This document shows, in pieces, positions 48,334 to 56,874 of a stretch of DNA of 64,000 nt (its first letter is position 1; every line of letters starts with the position of its first letter). A program made the translations under genes and the position numbers. The notes below the pieces were generated by a model, which did no database searches, was not told the DNA's origin, and saw nothing but the letters and a program-made list of their open reading frames with translations. The DNA is from an uncultured Bifidobacteriaceae bacterium (GTDB lineage Bacteria > Bacteroidota > Bacteroidia > UKL13-3), in assembly GCA_964535575.1 (NCBI GenBank), contig CAZHTC010000001.1, positions 657,965 to 721,964 of the forward strand, read 5' to 3'.

Positions 48334-49642
48334 TGGAAATAGATGAAGGAAAAAAAAACAAACGCAGGTACTGATAAATTAAAACCAGACATAGCAAAAG
48401 CAGCGAGAGCGAAAGGTAAACAAACGGAACAGGAAGCCGGTCAAACAAAAACGGAAAATAGCTTATGAGCGAAGTGAGTCCGCACACTACGGGAGCATAC
48501 CACAAACGCGGCCACCTGAAAGCAAGCACCAATAAAAAAACATCGGCTGCAAAAAAATACCGCTCGTGCATGCGCGGCAAAAAATACGGAATAAGCAGCA
48601 GCGAGAGCGCTGCGGTAAACAAAAACAAATCGTTGGGCTCACCAACTGTTTTTTTGTACCGGTACAGCCAAAAGAAACCCACCAGCAGCAAAGCCGTAAA
48701 CCCTAATCCAAGTTTACTGAACAAGTCGGGGTTGGCATCGGATATCATGGCATACACCGAAGGGGCATTTGCCGTGAGCAGGTGTGCCGTTGACGAAGCC
48801 TGCCCCAGATAAATGGTGAGCAACTCCGAAAAAGGGCGACCAACAATGGCCGTTGGAATAACCGCTATCAGGTATATAACCGGAAACCAGAGCAGGTGTT
48901 TTATTTTCAGTTGGCCGTTGCTTAGCAACAACAACGGAAGCAGCGTAATAAAAACGGTTTGCAACTTAAAGGCAAATGCCGAGGCCATAAAAAAAGCAAA
49001 AAGCATTTTTTTGCGGTGCAGTAAAAAATAAAACGCGGCTAACAGCAGACAGGTATAAATGATGTCGCATTGCCCCCAAAGCGCTCCGTTCATCACCACC
49101 GTAGGCAAAAATAAAAACACCGCAGCTGCCAGCAGCGAAGTATTGAGCGAACGAAACGACCGCACGATACCGTAAACAAAAAAAGCGGCACTGTAATCAA
49201 AAAAAAGTGATACTGCTTTTATCCCCGTCAGTTCGTTTACCGGCAGTTTGGTAATAAGCACCAACAGGTACATATAGGGCGGTGCATAATCGTAAAACGG
49301 ATTTTTTAATGCCGATAGTCCCCCGTGCTGGCGTATTTCGTCCATCCACAAGGCAAAGTTTTTGGTGTAGTCGGCCGACTGGAACGGAAACAGGTAAACG
49401 CGCAGCAGCAGCGAAAAAAACAATACGACTCCTATCGTCACCTGCTGCTTTGTTGTAAGAGTCTGTTTGCTTAAAAGCAAAAAAAACGCTGCACTAAGCA
49501 GGCCTGCATAAAAAAAAGCATACAGGCACTCGTTGTAACGGTTGCTCCGGTCAATCAAGATAATGAATCCGCTCACAAGGGTGAAAAGCAGCGGTAAAAA
49601 AACTTTTTTCAGTGGTGCAGGCACGGCTGCAATATTACGCAT
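48320..49642 (-). CDS. Polytopic GT-C-type membrane glycosyltransferase-like protein (DUF2029/GT87-like)
   Basis: 440 aa with 10 or more TM segments. An early loop DY.PPYMY is typical of GT-C mannosyltransferase-like proteins. Confidence 0.55.
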   Translation of the reverse strand: MRNIAAVPAPLKKVFLPLLFTLVSGFIILIDRSNRYNECLYAFFYAGLLSAAFFLLLSKQTLTTKQQVTIGVVLFFSLLLRVYLFPFQSADYTKNFALWMDEIRQHGGLSALKNPFYDYAPPYMYLLVLITKLPVNELTGIKAVSLFFDYSAAFFVYGIVRSFRSLNTSLLAAAVFLFLPTVVMNGALWGQCDIIYTCLLLAAFYFLLHRKKMLFAFFMASAFAFKLQTVFITLLPLLLLSNGQLKIKHLLWFPVIYLIAVIPTAIVGRPFSELLTIYLGQASSTAHLLTANAPSVYAMISDANPDLFSKLGLGFTALLLVGFFWLYRYKKTVGEPNDLFLFTAALSLLLIPYFLPRMHERYFFAADVFLLVLAFRWPRLWYAPVVCGLTSLISYFPFLFDRLPVPFVYLSLSLLLLCLVLIYQYLRLFFFPSSISNEPR

Positions 49643-49672
49643 TGTTTTTATTCTTATTTTTACCCCGCTTTT

Positions 49673-51121
49673 ATGTATTACCGATACGCAGCCTGGCTCC
49701 TACAGGTACTCATTTTTGTATTAACCCTGCACGACCCCTTTTTTGGTGATGCCATTTCTACGGTTTCACGGGCTGCGGTGCATATGTATAATCAAAACTT
49801 AGGAACCATCTGGTATCTTCCACAGCACGATCCGGGTCACCCTACATTTTTTCCTTATTTGCTGGCCGTTTTATGGAAAATAGCCGGAAAACACTTGTGG
49901 GTAGCACATCTGCTTACCTTGTTATTTGCACTTGGGGTTACCACCCAATTGCATCGGCTGGCTATAAAAACCATTGGTGGTACCCCCGCACATTGGGTAC
50001 TGTTGCTTGCCGTGGTTCAACCTGCGTTTGTGGCTCAAAGTGCCATGGTGCTTACTCATTTGCCCCTGGCGTTTTTCTTTTTATGGGCCTTAAACAATTT
50101 GTATCCGCGGTTTAACAAAAAAAATTTTTGGGTGGCTAGTGTATTCATGGTGCTTACCCATTTGGAAGGTGCTTTTTTACTGGCCGGCACCGCTTCTTCG
50201 TGTTTTTTAATGCAACTAAAAACAACAGGTGTAAAACGGGGCTTAACGGAAACCGTAAAGTTGTTTGCTCCGGCTTTTACAGTATTGTTTATATGGGGAG
50301 CGGCCCATGCACACCACACCGGCTGGTGGTTTTCTTCGCCCGTGTATGCCGACCACCGCTCGTGGATGGGTGTGTTGCCCATGATAAAAAGTGTTGCCCT
50401 TATTGCCTGGCGAATGGTTGATTACGGTAATTTTGTTTTTTACCTCATTATTTGCTGGGCCGTTGCCACCCGAAAACTTTACCGCCATCCCCTGTTTATG
50501 TATGTGGCCGGAGCATTTACAAGTTGCGTGCTGGTGTTTTCGGTGCTCATGAGCAAAAGTATAGCACACCGGTATTTTTTACCTGTGCATTTGCCTGCCC
50601 TTGTGTTGTTGCTGCTTGCCCTTAACGAGTTTCGGGCCAAACAGGCCACCCTGCTATTGCTGCTTAGCGTACTTGCCCTTATGGCCGGAAACTTTTTATA
50701 CTATCCCGGCAAATGTATTGGCGATGCCACCATCACCTACCGCAACTACTTTTTTATTGCAGGCCGCATACATACCGAACTTCCTGCCGATGTGGTTTTA
50801 TATACCTATGCTCCTTTGTCGAACAACGACTCGGTAACCACCCTCAACGAGTTTGAATTGTTAAACACTTCCGAAATCTATCCGCAGCCAGTTAATCAGG
50901 TGCCCGTGGTGTTGCAAAGTAATTGCAATTGCGATTTTACCTCTGCCGAACTGAATGAAATTGCCGGGTGGAAAGGAAAAAGTTATGAGCAGGGAGCCGT
51001 GTATGCCAATGTACTTTTTAACCCTGCCTTTTATCCGGTTCCGTTACTCAATGAACCGCTCCGCAAAAAATCGGGGGCCGAATTGTGGATGGAACAACTA
51101 AAAAGTAGCCTGAAAAAATAA
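49673..51121 (+). CDS. Polytopic GT-C-type membrane glycosyltransferase-like protein (ArnT/PMT-like)
   Basis: 482 aa with a multi-TM N-terminal region and a soluble C-terminal domain. It is divergent from 48320..49642. Confidence 0.5.
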   Translation: MYYRYAAWLLQVLIFVLTLHDPFFGDAISTVSRAAVHMYNQNLGTIWYLPQHDPGHPTFFPYLLAVLWKIAGKHLWVAHLLTLLFALGVTTQLHRLAIKTIGGTPAHWVLLLAVVQPAFVAQSAMVLTHLPLAFFFLWALNNLYPRFNKKNFWVASVFMVLTHLEGAFLLAGTASSCFLMQLKTTGVKRGLTETVKLFAPAFTVLFIWGAAHAHHTGWWFSSPVYADHRSWMGVLPMIKSVALIAWRMVDYGNFVFYLIICWAVATRKLYRHPLFMYVAGAFTSCVLVFSVLMSKSIAHRYFLPVHLPALVLLLLALNEFRAKQATLLLLLSVLALMAGNFLYYPGKCIGDATITYRNYFFIAGRIHTELPADVVLYTYAPLSNNDSVTTLNEFELLNTSEIYPQPVNQVPVVLQSNCNCDFTSAELNEIAGWKGKSYEQGAVYANVLFNPAFYPVPLLNEPLRKKSGAELWMEQLKSSLKK

Positions 51122-51173
51122 TTTAAAGTTTGCCGGTGATTTGGTAAGTTTGACTCCGAAAAAACAGCGATTT

Positions 51174-51938
51174 ATGAAAAAAATAACAATCCTGGCCATC
51201 TTGGCTATGCTGGCCGTAACACAGGTACACGCGCAGGACTACTGGGCCCGCATACCTGCTTTAAGTACCAAACCTTATTCTGAAAACGATGAGCTTATGA
51301 GTAAGCTGGAAGCTTACCGCGAAGAACTGTACACAAAAGCAGAAGCAGAAAAACAAAAGGTACAACAAAAGCTGGAAGCCATGAGCGACCAGGAAAAAAT
51401 GCAGATGAGCATGAAAGCATCTATGCGTTACCAAACCATGAAGCCTGAAGAGATTATGAAAATGCAGCAGGAAACCCAGGATATGCTCGCTTTGCAGGCA
51501 AAGGTACAACAGCAGGCAACCGATTTTGATAACCGTTTCAACGAAATAAAAAAAGCTATGGACGAGGAACTGAATAAAGAACTTGGCCCAATAGAAGCTG
51601 AATACAACAAGCTGCCCGATGGAGAAGGTACACCCGACTGGGCCATTGAAAAAGAAAAACAACTTAATGCCCAATACAACAAAAAATATGAAGCCATTTG
51701 TGCCAAATACATTACCGGCCCCGATGCGCTTTTTGTAAAATGGCTTGCCGAGTATAAAAGCTATCTCATACAAACCAATCTTCCTTTTCAGATAAAATGG
51801 ATTGCCTACCAGAACGAACAAAGCGGAATAACAGTAACCAGTAATGCGGCCATTGAAATGGACGTGGTGAGAATGTACCTCGACCAATGCAAAACCGTGT
51901 TTAATTGCCGCAAACAAAACCCCAGAACAACGCAGTGA
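51174..51938 (+). CDS. Hypothetical secreted coiled-coil protein
   Basis: The ATG at 51174 gives the signal MKKITILAILAMLAVTQVHAQ. Gln/Glu/Lys/Met-rich helical repeats. Confidence 0.5.
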   Translation: MKKITILAILAMLAVTQVHAQDYWARIPALSTKPYSENDELMSKLEAYREELYTKAEAEKQKVQQKLEAMSDQEKMQMSMKASMRYQTMKPEEIMKMQQETQDMLALQAKVQQQATDFDNRFNEIKKAMDEELNKELGPIEAEYNKLPDGEGTPDWAIEKEKQLNAQYNKKYEAICAKYITGPDALFVKWLAEYKSYLIQTNLPFQIKWIAYQNEQSGITVTSNAAIEMDVVRMYLDQCKTVFNCRKQNPRTTQ

Positions 51939-51942
51939 TCCC

Positions 51943-52470
51943 ATGCCTCTGATAAAACTGTTTATTGCCTGCAGTGTTGATGGTTTTATTGCCCGCCCCG
52001 ATGGAGATATAGGCTGGCTTGATGCCGTAGCTGCAGCAGGTGAGGATTATGGATACGCAGCTTTTTATGAAACGGTAGATACCATTGTGCTTGGACGAAA
52101 AACATACGACAAGGTCTTGAGTTTTGGAATTGAATTTCCGCATAAAAACAAATCCACCTATGTTATTACCCGCACCCCAAGAGCAAGCGAAGGCAATGTT
52201 CATTTTTACACAGGCGATTTAACCGCTCTCATTCAGCAACTAAAAGCAACAGGCACCAAAGATGTTTATATTGACGGAGGGGCCGAACTGGTGCATGCGC
52301 TTTTATCCGAACAGCTTATTGATGAAATTACGGTTTCATATATTCCCGTTTTACTGGGAGCGGGTATCCGCTTGTTTAAAGAAGGTTTCCCTGAGCAAAA
52401 ATTAAAACTAACCACCGTAAAAAGTTTCTCATCGGGGCTGGTGCAGGTTGTGTACGAAGTGTGGCGCTGA
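51943..52470 (+). CDS. Dihydrofolate reductase-family (RibD C-terminal domain) protein
   Basis: SVDGFIARPDG...W, VLGRKTY, YIDGGAELV..LL. Confidence 0.8.
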   Translation: MPLIKLFIACSVDGFIARPDGDIGWLDAVAAAGEDYGYAAFYETVDTIVLGRKTYDKVLSFGIEFPHKNKSTYVITRTPRASEGNVHFYTGDLTALIQQLKATGTKDVYIDGGAELVHALLSEQLIDEITVSYIPVLLGAGIRLFKEGFPEQKLKLTTVKSFSSGLVQVVYEVWR

Positions 52471-52565
52471 GCAAAACTTTTACGCACACAATACTAAACT
52501 TTGAAGCTAAAACCAGGCTGACCTGAGAAAATAGTTTTAAATGTCCTGATTAAATCTGATTGCAA

Positions 52566-53819
52566 ATGAAAAAGAATGTATTGATAATTGGTGGTGGCTT
52601 TGCGGGTGTTGAACTCGCCAAATCGTTAGATACAACCCTTTTCAATATCACGTTAATCGACAGATTAAACCACCATCAGTTTCAGCCTTTGTTTTACCAG
52701 GTAGCTACCTCCCAAATTGAGCCTTCCAGTATATCCTTTCCGCTGAGGTATATTTTTAAAGGAAATAAAAACATACAAATACGGCTGGCCGAGGTGAACG
52801 AAATTCATCCGGCATTAAATAAAGTATCCACCTCGGCTGGTGACTTTTTTTACGATTTTCTCATTATTGCCACCGGTTGTAAAACAAATTTCTTTAATAA
52901 CCCTGAAGTAGAAAAAAATGCCTTCCCGTTAAAAACCACTTACGATGCCATTGCCATACGCAACCGCATAATCTCTGTTTTTGAAAAGGTGCTGAGTGCC
53001 CCCGAAACAGAACTGGAAGCTCTGTTTAACTTAGTAATTGTAGGGGCCGGGCCCACCGGAGTAGAGTTGGCCGGAGCCTTTGCCGAAATAAAGCGTTATG
53101 TATTGCCAAAAGATTATCCCGGCATTGACTTCTCGCGGTTTTCGGTTTACCTGATTGAAGGAAGTAAAAGACCACTGAACGCCATGAGCGAACACGCAGG
53201 CAAAGCGTCTTATACTTATTTAGAAAAAATGCAGGTGAAACTCATCACCGAAACTTTTGTAAAAACGTATGACGGCAAAGTTGCCGTTTTATCCAACGGA
53301 CAATCTATTCCCACCGCCACCCTTATTTGGGCCGCGGGAGTGAAAGGAAATAAAATAAACGGCCTGCCTCAGGAGGTGTGGATAGCCAACGACCGCATAA
53401 CCGTTGACCGGTTTAACCGCATACAAGGTTTTGAAAACATTTTTGCCCTTGGCGATATTGCATTTATGACAACTCCCAAATACCCTAAGGCACATCCGCA
53501 GGTGGCTAATGTGGCCATTAATCAGGGAAAATTATTAGGGAAAAATCTCAAAAATATACTCACCGGTAAAAGCTGTGTGGAATATGAATACAAAGATTTG
53601 GGAGCAATGGCAACCATAGGGCGAAACAAGGCCGTGGTGGATTTACCGTTTGTAAAATTTAAGGGGTATTTCGCGTGGCTGGTATGGATGTTTCTTCACC
53701 TCATGCTTATTTTAACCGTACGAAACAAACTGATTATATTTATTAACTGGGCCTGGTCGTATATTACCAAAAACAGTTCGCTGCGCTTAATTCTTAAAGC
53801 CGATGACACAAAGGGCTGA
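52566..53819 (+). CDS. ndh: Type II NADH:quinone oxidoreductase (NDH-2)
   Basis: Two dinucleotide folds (IIGGGFAGVE; VGAGPTGVELAG). GD..F...P...AQVA context. C-terminal hydrophobic helix. The listed ORF opens with TTG at 52560; the first ATG is at 52566. Confidence 0.85.
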   Translation: MKKNVLIIGGGFAGVELAKSLDTTLFNITLIDRLNHHQFQPLFYQVATSQIEPSSISFPLRYIFKGNKNIQIRLAEVNEIHPALNKVSTSAGDFFYDFLIIATGCKTNFFNNPEVEKNAFPLKTTYDAIAIRNRIISVFEKVLSAPETELEALFNLVIVGAGPTGVELAGAFAEIKRYVLPKDYPGIDFSRFSVYLIEGSKRPLNAMSEHAGKASYTYLEKMQVKLITETFVKTYDGKVAVLSNGQSIPTATLIWAAGVKGNKINGLPQEVWIANDRITVDRFNRIQGFENIFALGDIAFMTTPKYPKAHPQVANVAINQGKLLGKNLKNILTGKSCVEYEYKDLGAMATIGRNKAVVDLPFVKFKGYFAWLVWMFLHLMLILTVRNKLIIFINWAWSYITKNSSLRLILKADDTKG

Positions 53820-53891
53820 GCATAAAAGTGCCTGATTAACACATGTGCTGTAACGGGGATGCTTACACGTTGGGCAATTGGCGCCTTTTAT

Positions 53892-54317
53892 TTAGGTTGC
53901 CGGTATTGTGAGTTCCTGTGAGCCGTTTTTCCAAATATTGTTGCCCAAGTCAACCAGCTTTTGCATATCGCTTTCTATCACTTTAGCAAAAATATTGCAG
54001 GCGTCTAATCCCTTTCCTTCTACATAATAAATGCCGAAACAGTTGGCCGTTTTCGTGCGTTTGGCATTTTGTGGTCCAACCACAACTTCGCCCTGTTCAG
54101 TAAACACTGATGCGTTTCCTGAATAACGTCAACCGGTGGCACATTGTCTATCCAAACTTCCTGGCCCGAAATTCTTGCGTGAAAAAAAGTCCTTGTGAAA
54201 GGCAGGATTTCAGCAAACGCTTTTGATGTTACCGGTGCTGTATCCAGGTAAAATTTAAAAGTTATTTCCTGCTTGTCTTTAGTTGTTACTTTAAATCCGG
54301 TAATATTTTTACCTTCT
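53892..54317 (-). pseudogene. Frameshifted, start-less cyclophilin-like (DUF3830-like) gene remnant
   Basis: The frame from 54317 reads ..ITFKFYLDTAPVTSKAFAEILPFTRTFFHARISGQEVWIDNVPPVDVIQE. The sequence then continues in another frame as (N)ASVFTEQGEVVVGPQNAKRTKTANCFGIYYVEGKGLDACNIFAKVIE (listed ORF 53892..54107). There is no ATG/GTG/TTG in the upstream frame after the TGA at its 5' end. Confidence 0.55.
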
Positions 54318-54836
54318 TTATAGTTGCTTCAACATTACTTTATTTTCGTAAGAGTTTTTTTCCATATGAAAAAGTGCATTACCAATCCACTTATAATTTT
54401 GTCGTTCGTAAAACGATATGGCTCTTTGATTTGAAACAAGAACCCAAAGCCACATTTCTTTATTTCCTTTTAATTTTACAACCTTTTCTGCCTCTGCTAA
54501 TAAATGGTTTCCAATACCCTGCCCGCAAAATCTTTCTAAAATATATAACTTATTAAGTTCAGGGGCTACAATATTATTGATTGGGCATTTTTTATCAAAT
54601 TCAATTTCCACTACACCAACTAGGTTGTTTTTGTAAACAGCCAGTATAAAGTTATCCGGATTATTTACAATTGAGTTGTGCAGTCTTTCGGGTGAAAATT
54701 GTTTAACTATAAAATTCGCAAATTCATCTGATACCCCTTCGATGCCGTAAGTTTGAATATATACTTGTTTGAAAAGTATAGAAAGTTTAATAACATCCGT
54801 TTCGTTTGCCTTTCTAAAGGTAATTTCTTGTCGCAT
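54318..54836 (-). CDS. GNAT-family N-acetyltransferase
   Basis: ATG at 54836 (MRQEITFRKANETD); the listed ORF opens with TTG at 54854. Acetyl-CoA motif LYILERFCGQGIGNHLL and NQRAISFYERQNY. Confidence 0.8.
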   Translation of the reverse strand: MRQEITFRKANETDVIKLSILFKQVYIQTYGIEGVSDEFANFIVKQFSPERLHNSIVNNPDNFILAVYKNNLVGVVEIEFDKKCPINNIVAPELNKLYILERFCGQGIGNHLLAEAEKVVKLKGNKEMWLWVLVSNQRAISFYERQNYKWIGNALFHMEKNSYENKVMLKQL

Positions 54837-54856
54837 TGATTTTAGTTTTACCAAAC

Positions 54857-55222
54857 TTATTGTTTCCCTGTATTTGTTCCAACGGACAGAGCAGTAGCTG
54901 CGTTAGTATTTTTATCTACCAATATGATTACGCCCTTTTTTAAATTATCAGGGCTGGCCGTGTGATATTTTACATGTCCTTGTGCACAATCAACAACTAT
55001 GTTAAGATTTGAAATATGTCCCTTTTTCCAAGATGCTTTTATACTGGTTGAAATATTGTGTGCCGAAAAAACGCTATCCGCTTTCTGAATTTCTGGCTTT
55101 GTAGTTTTGTTGGTAATTACAAAACTGACTCTGTTGTTATCATTTGAAACAGTAACATCCTGGGCTTTAAGATAACCCCAAAACAAAATAACGAATGTGG
55201 TGAGTGCTAATTTAATTTTCAT
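54857..55222 (-). CDS. Hypothetical small secreted protein
   Basis: Signal peptide MKIKLALTTFVILFWGYLKAQ. No family recognised. Confidence 0.5.
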   Translation of the reverse strand: MKIKLALTTFVILFWGYLKAQDVTVSNDNNRVSFVITNKTTKPEIQKADSVFSAHNISTSIKASWKKGHISNLNIVVDCAQGHVKYHTASPDNLKKGVIILVDKNTNAATALSVGTNTGKQ

Positions 55223-55279
55223 GTTTTTTTAATTGCTTTTTGTGAATTGAATTGTCTGCGGTTTCAGGTTGTTATAAAA

Positions 55280-55424
55280 TGCCTGTAATGCCAGAGTCCC
55301 GCAGAAGATGGGGGGGGTGAAAACCCAGGTGAAATTTCATGGTGTAAACCTGATGAAAAAAACACATATAAACAAGAAGAAAGTGACGGGTTGTTTTCGG
55401 GGGAGGTTTTCGTGCTACACATCA
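55280..55424 (-). repeat. Degenerate attC-like site A
   Basis: Minus strand: TGTGTAGC (55421-55414) ... diverged copy of the core (ccatgaaatttcacc...tgcgggac) ... ATTACAGGCA (55289-55280). A G8 run (55310-55317) replaces one hairpin arm. Confidence 0.35.
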
Positions 55425-55435
55425 CGGGTGAGTTT

Positions 55436-56686
55436 TCATTTTGTCACAAAGAATTTTGCAGTTACCCTGTGAGTACCTTCTTCAAAAACCCCAAAATATT
55501 GTCCTTCTGAAAGGAATGTGATATCAAGGGAAACGTTTCGGCTGTTGATGTCAGTATACATTTTTTGAAGCTGCCCGGATTCATTGTAGATCATAAACTG
55601 ACCCGCTTTAGGTTCAAACGGAAGTTGAATATTCAACTCATTCAGGGTTGGATTTGGATAAATTTTCAGATAATTTGAAAGGTTGATTTCGTTACTGTTT
55701 AAAGTCACAGGAACACTCCATAGAACCACATCACTTAATGCATTTCCGGTCGCAATTTTATCTCCGCTGGGTGACCAGGCAACCGCATAAACAGCTCCAC
55801 TGTCGGCAACTGCAAATGTGGTAATTAAACTGCCGGTGTTAAGGTTCCATATCTTACAAGTACTGTCTGATGAAGCGGAAACTATTCTGCTTCCATCAGG
55901 AGAAATATCAATTCCGTTCACATCGTTGGTATGTCCGCCAATGGTTCTAACCAAAGCCCCTGTGGCTATATTCCATATTTTTATTTTGTCATCTTTTGAA
56001 GATGATACAACAAAACTGTTGTCCGGGGTAACTTTTACATTGGTAATATCGTCTGTGTGCCCGGTACAGGTATATAACAATGTTCCGGTGTTGCTCCATA
56101 TCCTTACTTTATTATCGTTCCCTCCGGTAATTATTTTAGTTCCGTCTGGCGAATAAGCAACAGTTGTAACCCAACCCGGATGTGCATTGATATCGCTGTG
56201 AAGTGTTCCGCCCTGAATATTATAAATTTTTAATTTACCATTTGAGCATCCAACAGCAACCTTGTTATTACCGGGCGAAATAGCGGTTGAAAACCCGTAC
56301 GATGTTCCTGTATTTATGGTATCAATCATTACCGGATTTACTCCGGTATTATCAAAAATGAAGATATTACCAAACTCTTCAATGGCAGCTATATAATTAG
56401 TGTTAGCGCTAAATGCCACACCCATTATGCACATGTAAGCCATTCCAACATTGTAATCCCAATCCAAATTGGATGAGGCTGCATCAAACATTCGGATATG
56501 TGCCGGATGGCAATTGGTGCCGCTTAGCACCTTTTTACCGTCAGCTCTAAAGGCAACTCCATTCACCTGAAGGTTTAATGGATTTCCCTTCCTTGACCAA
56601 TCCATTGTTTGGGCAGTGCAAATTCCAACGGTTAAAACTACAAAGGTTATGAATGCCGGGGCCGTTTTAATTATTTGTGATTTCAT
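55436..56686 (-). CDS. WD40-repeat beta-propeller protein with T9SS type-A C-terminal domain
   Basis: Signal peptide. Repeated GH...V..V..SPDG..I.S.S.D...KIW units. C-terminus IYPNPTLNELNIQ....MIYNESGQL.....LSEGQYFGVF....FFVTK. Confidence 0.8.
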   Translation of the reverse strand: MKSQIIKTAPAFITFVVLTVGICTAQTMDWSRKGNPLNLQVNGVAFRADGKKVLSGTNCHPAHIRMFDAASSNLDWDYNVGMAYMCIMGVAFSANTNYIAAIEEFGNIFIFDNTGVNPVMIDTINTGTSYGFSTAISPGNNKVAVGCSNGKLKIYNIQGGTLHSDINAHPGWVTTVAYSPDGTKIITGGNDNKVRIWSNTGTLLYTCTGHTDDITNVKVTPDNSFVVSSSKDDKIKIWNIATGALVRTIGGHTNDVNGIDISPDGSRIVSASSDSTCKIWNLNTGSLITTFAVADSGAVYAVAWSPSGDKIATGNALSDVVLWSVPVTLNSNEINLSNYLKIYPNPTLNELNIQLPFEPKAGQFMIYNESGQLQKMYTDINSRNVSLDITFLSEGQYFGVFEEGTHRVTAKFFVTK

Positions 56687-56732
56687 ACTGATTATTTTTT
56701 TGTTTATGTCAATAGCTATTGGATCCCACGCT

Positions 56733-56860
56733 TGCCGCTAACATAAGAGCCCCGCATAGGGCGGGACAGGTGTGAAAAAAACTTTGTTCAATTTCATAGG
56801 GTAAAACTTGTGAAAAGAATCGACAAAAGCAAGGGAAAAAGCCAGAGGCTATGGTTGGGT
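56733..56860 (-). repeat. attC-like site B (core-repeat family)
   Basis: Minus strand: ACCCAAC/CCATAGC (56860-56848) ... conserved core ... hairpin (56749-56767) ... GTTAGCGGCA (56742-56733). nt 56760-56839 are identical to 60492-60571. Confidence 0.55.
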
Positions 56861-56874
56861 GCTGGCAGTTCTTT

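Noticed and set aside
51261-51944. Long antisense ORFs inside confident genes: 51261..51944(-), 38731..39363(-), 43677..44528(+), 17040..17540(-), 11633..12193(-)
   Set aside because: These are shadow frames opposite well-supported genes. They have low-complexity or odd composition (Phe/Leu/Lys- or Arg/His-rich) and no recognisable domains.
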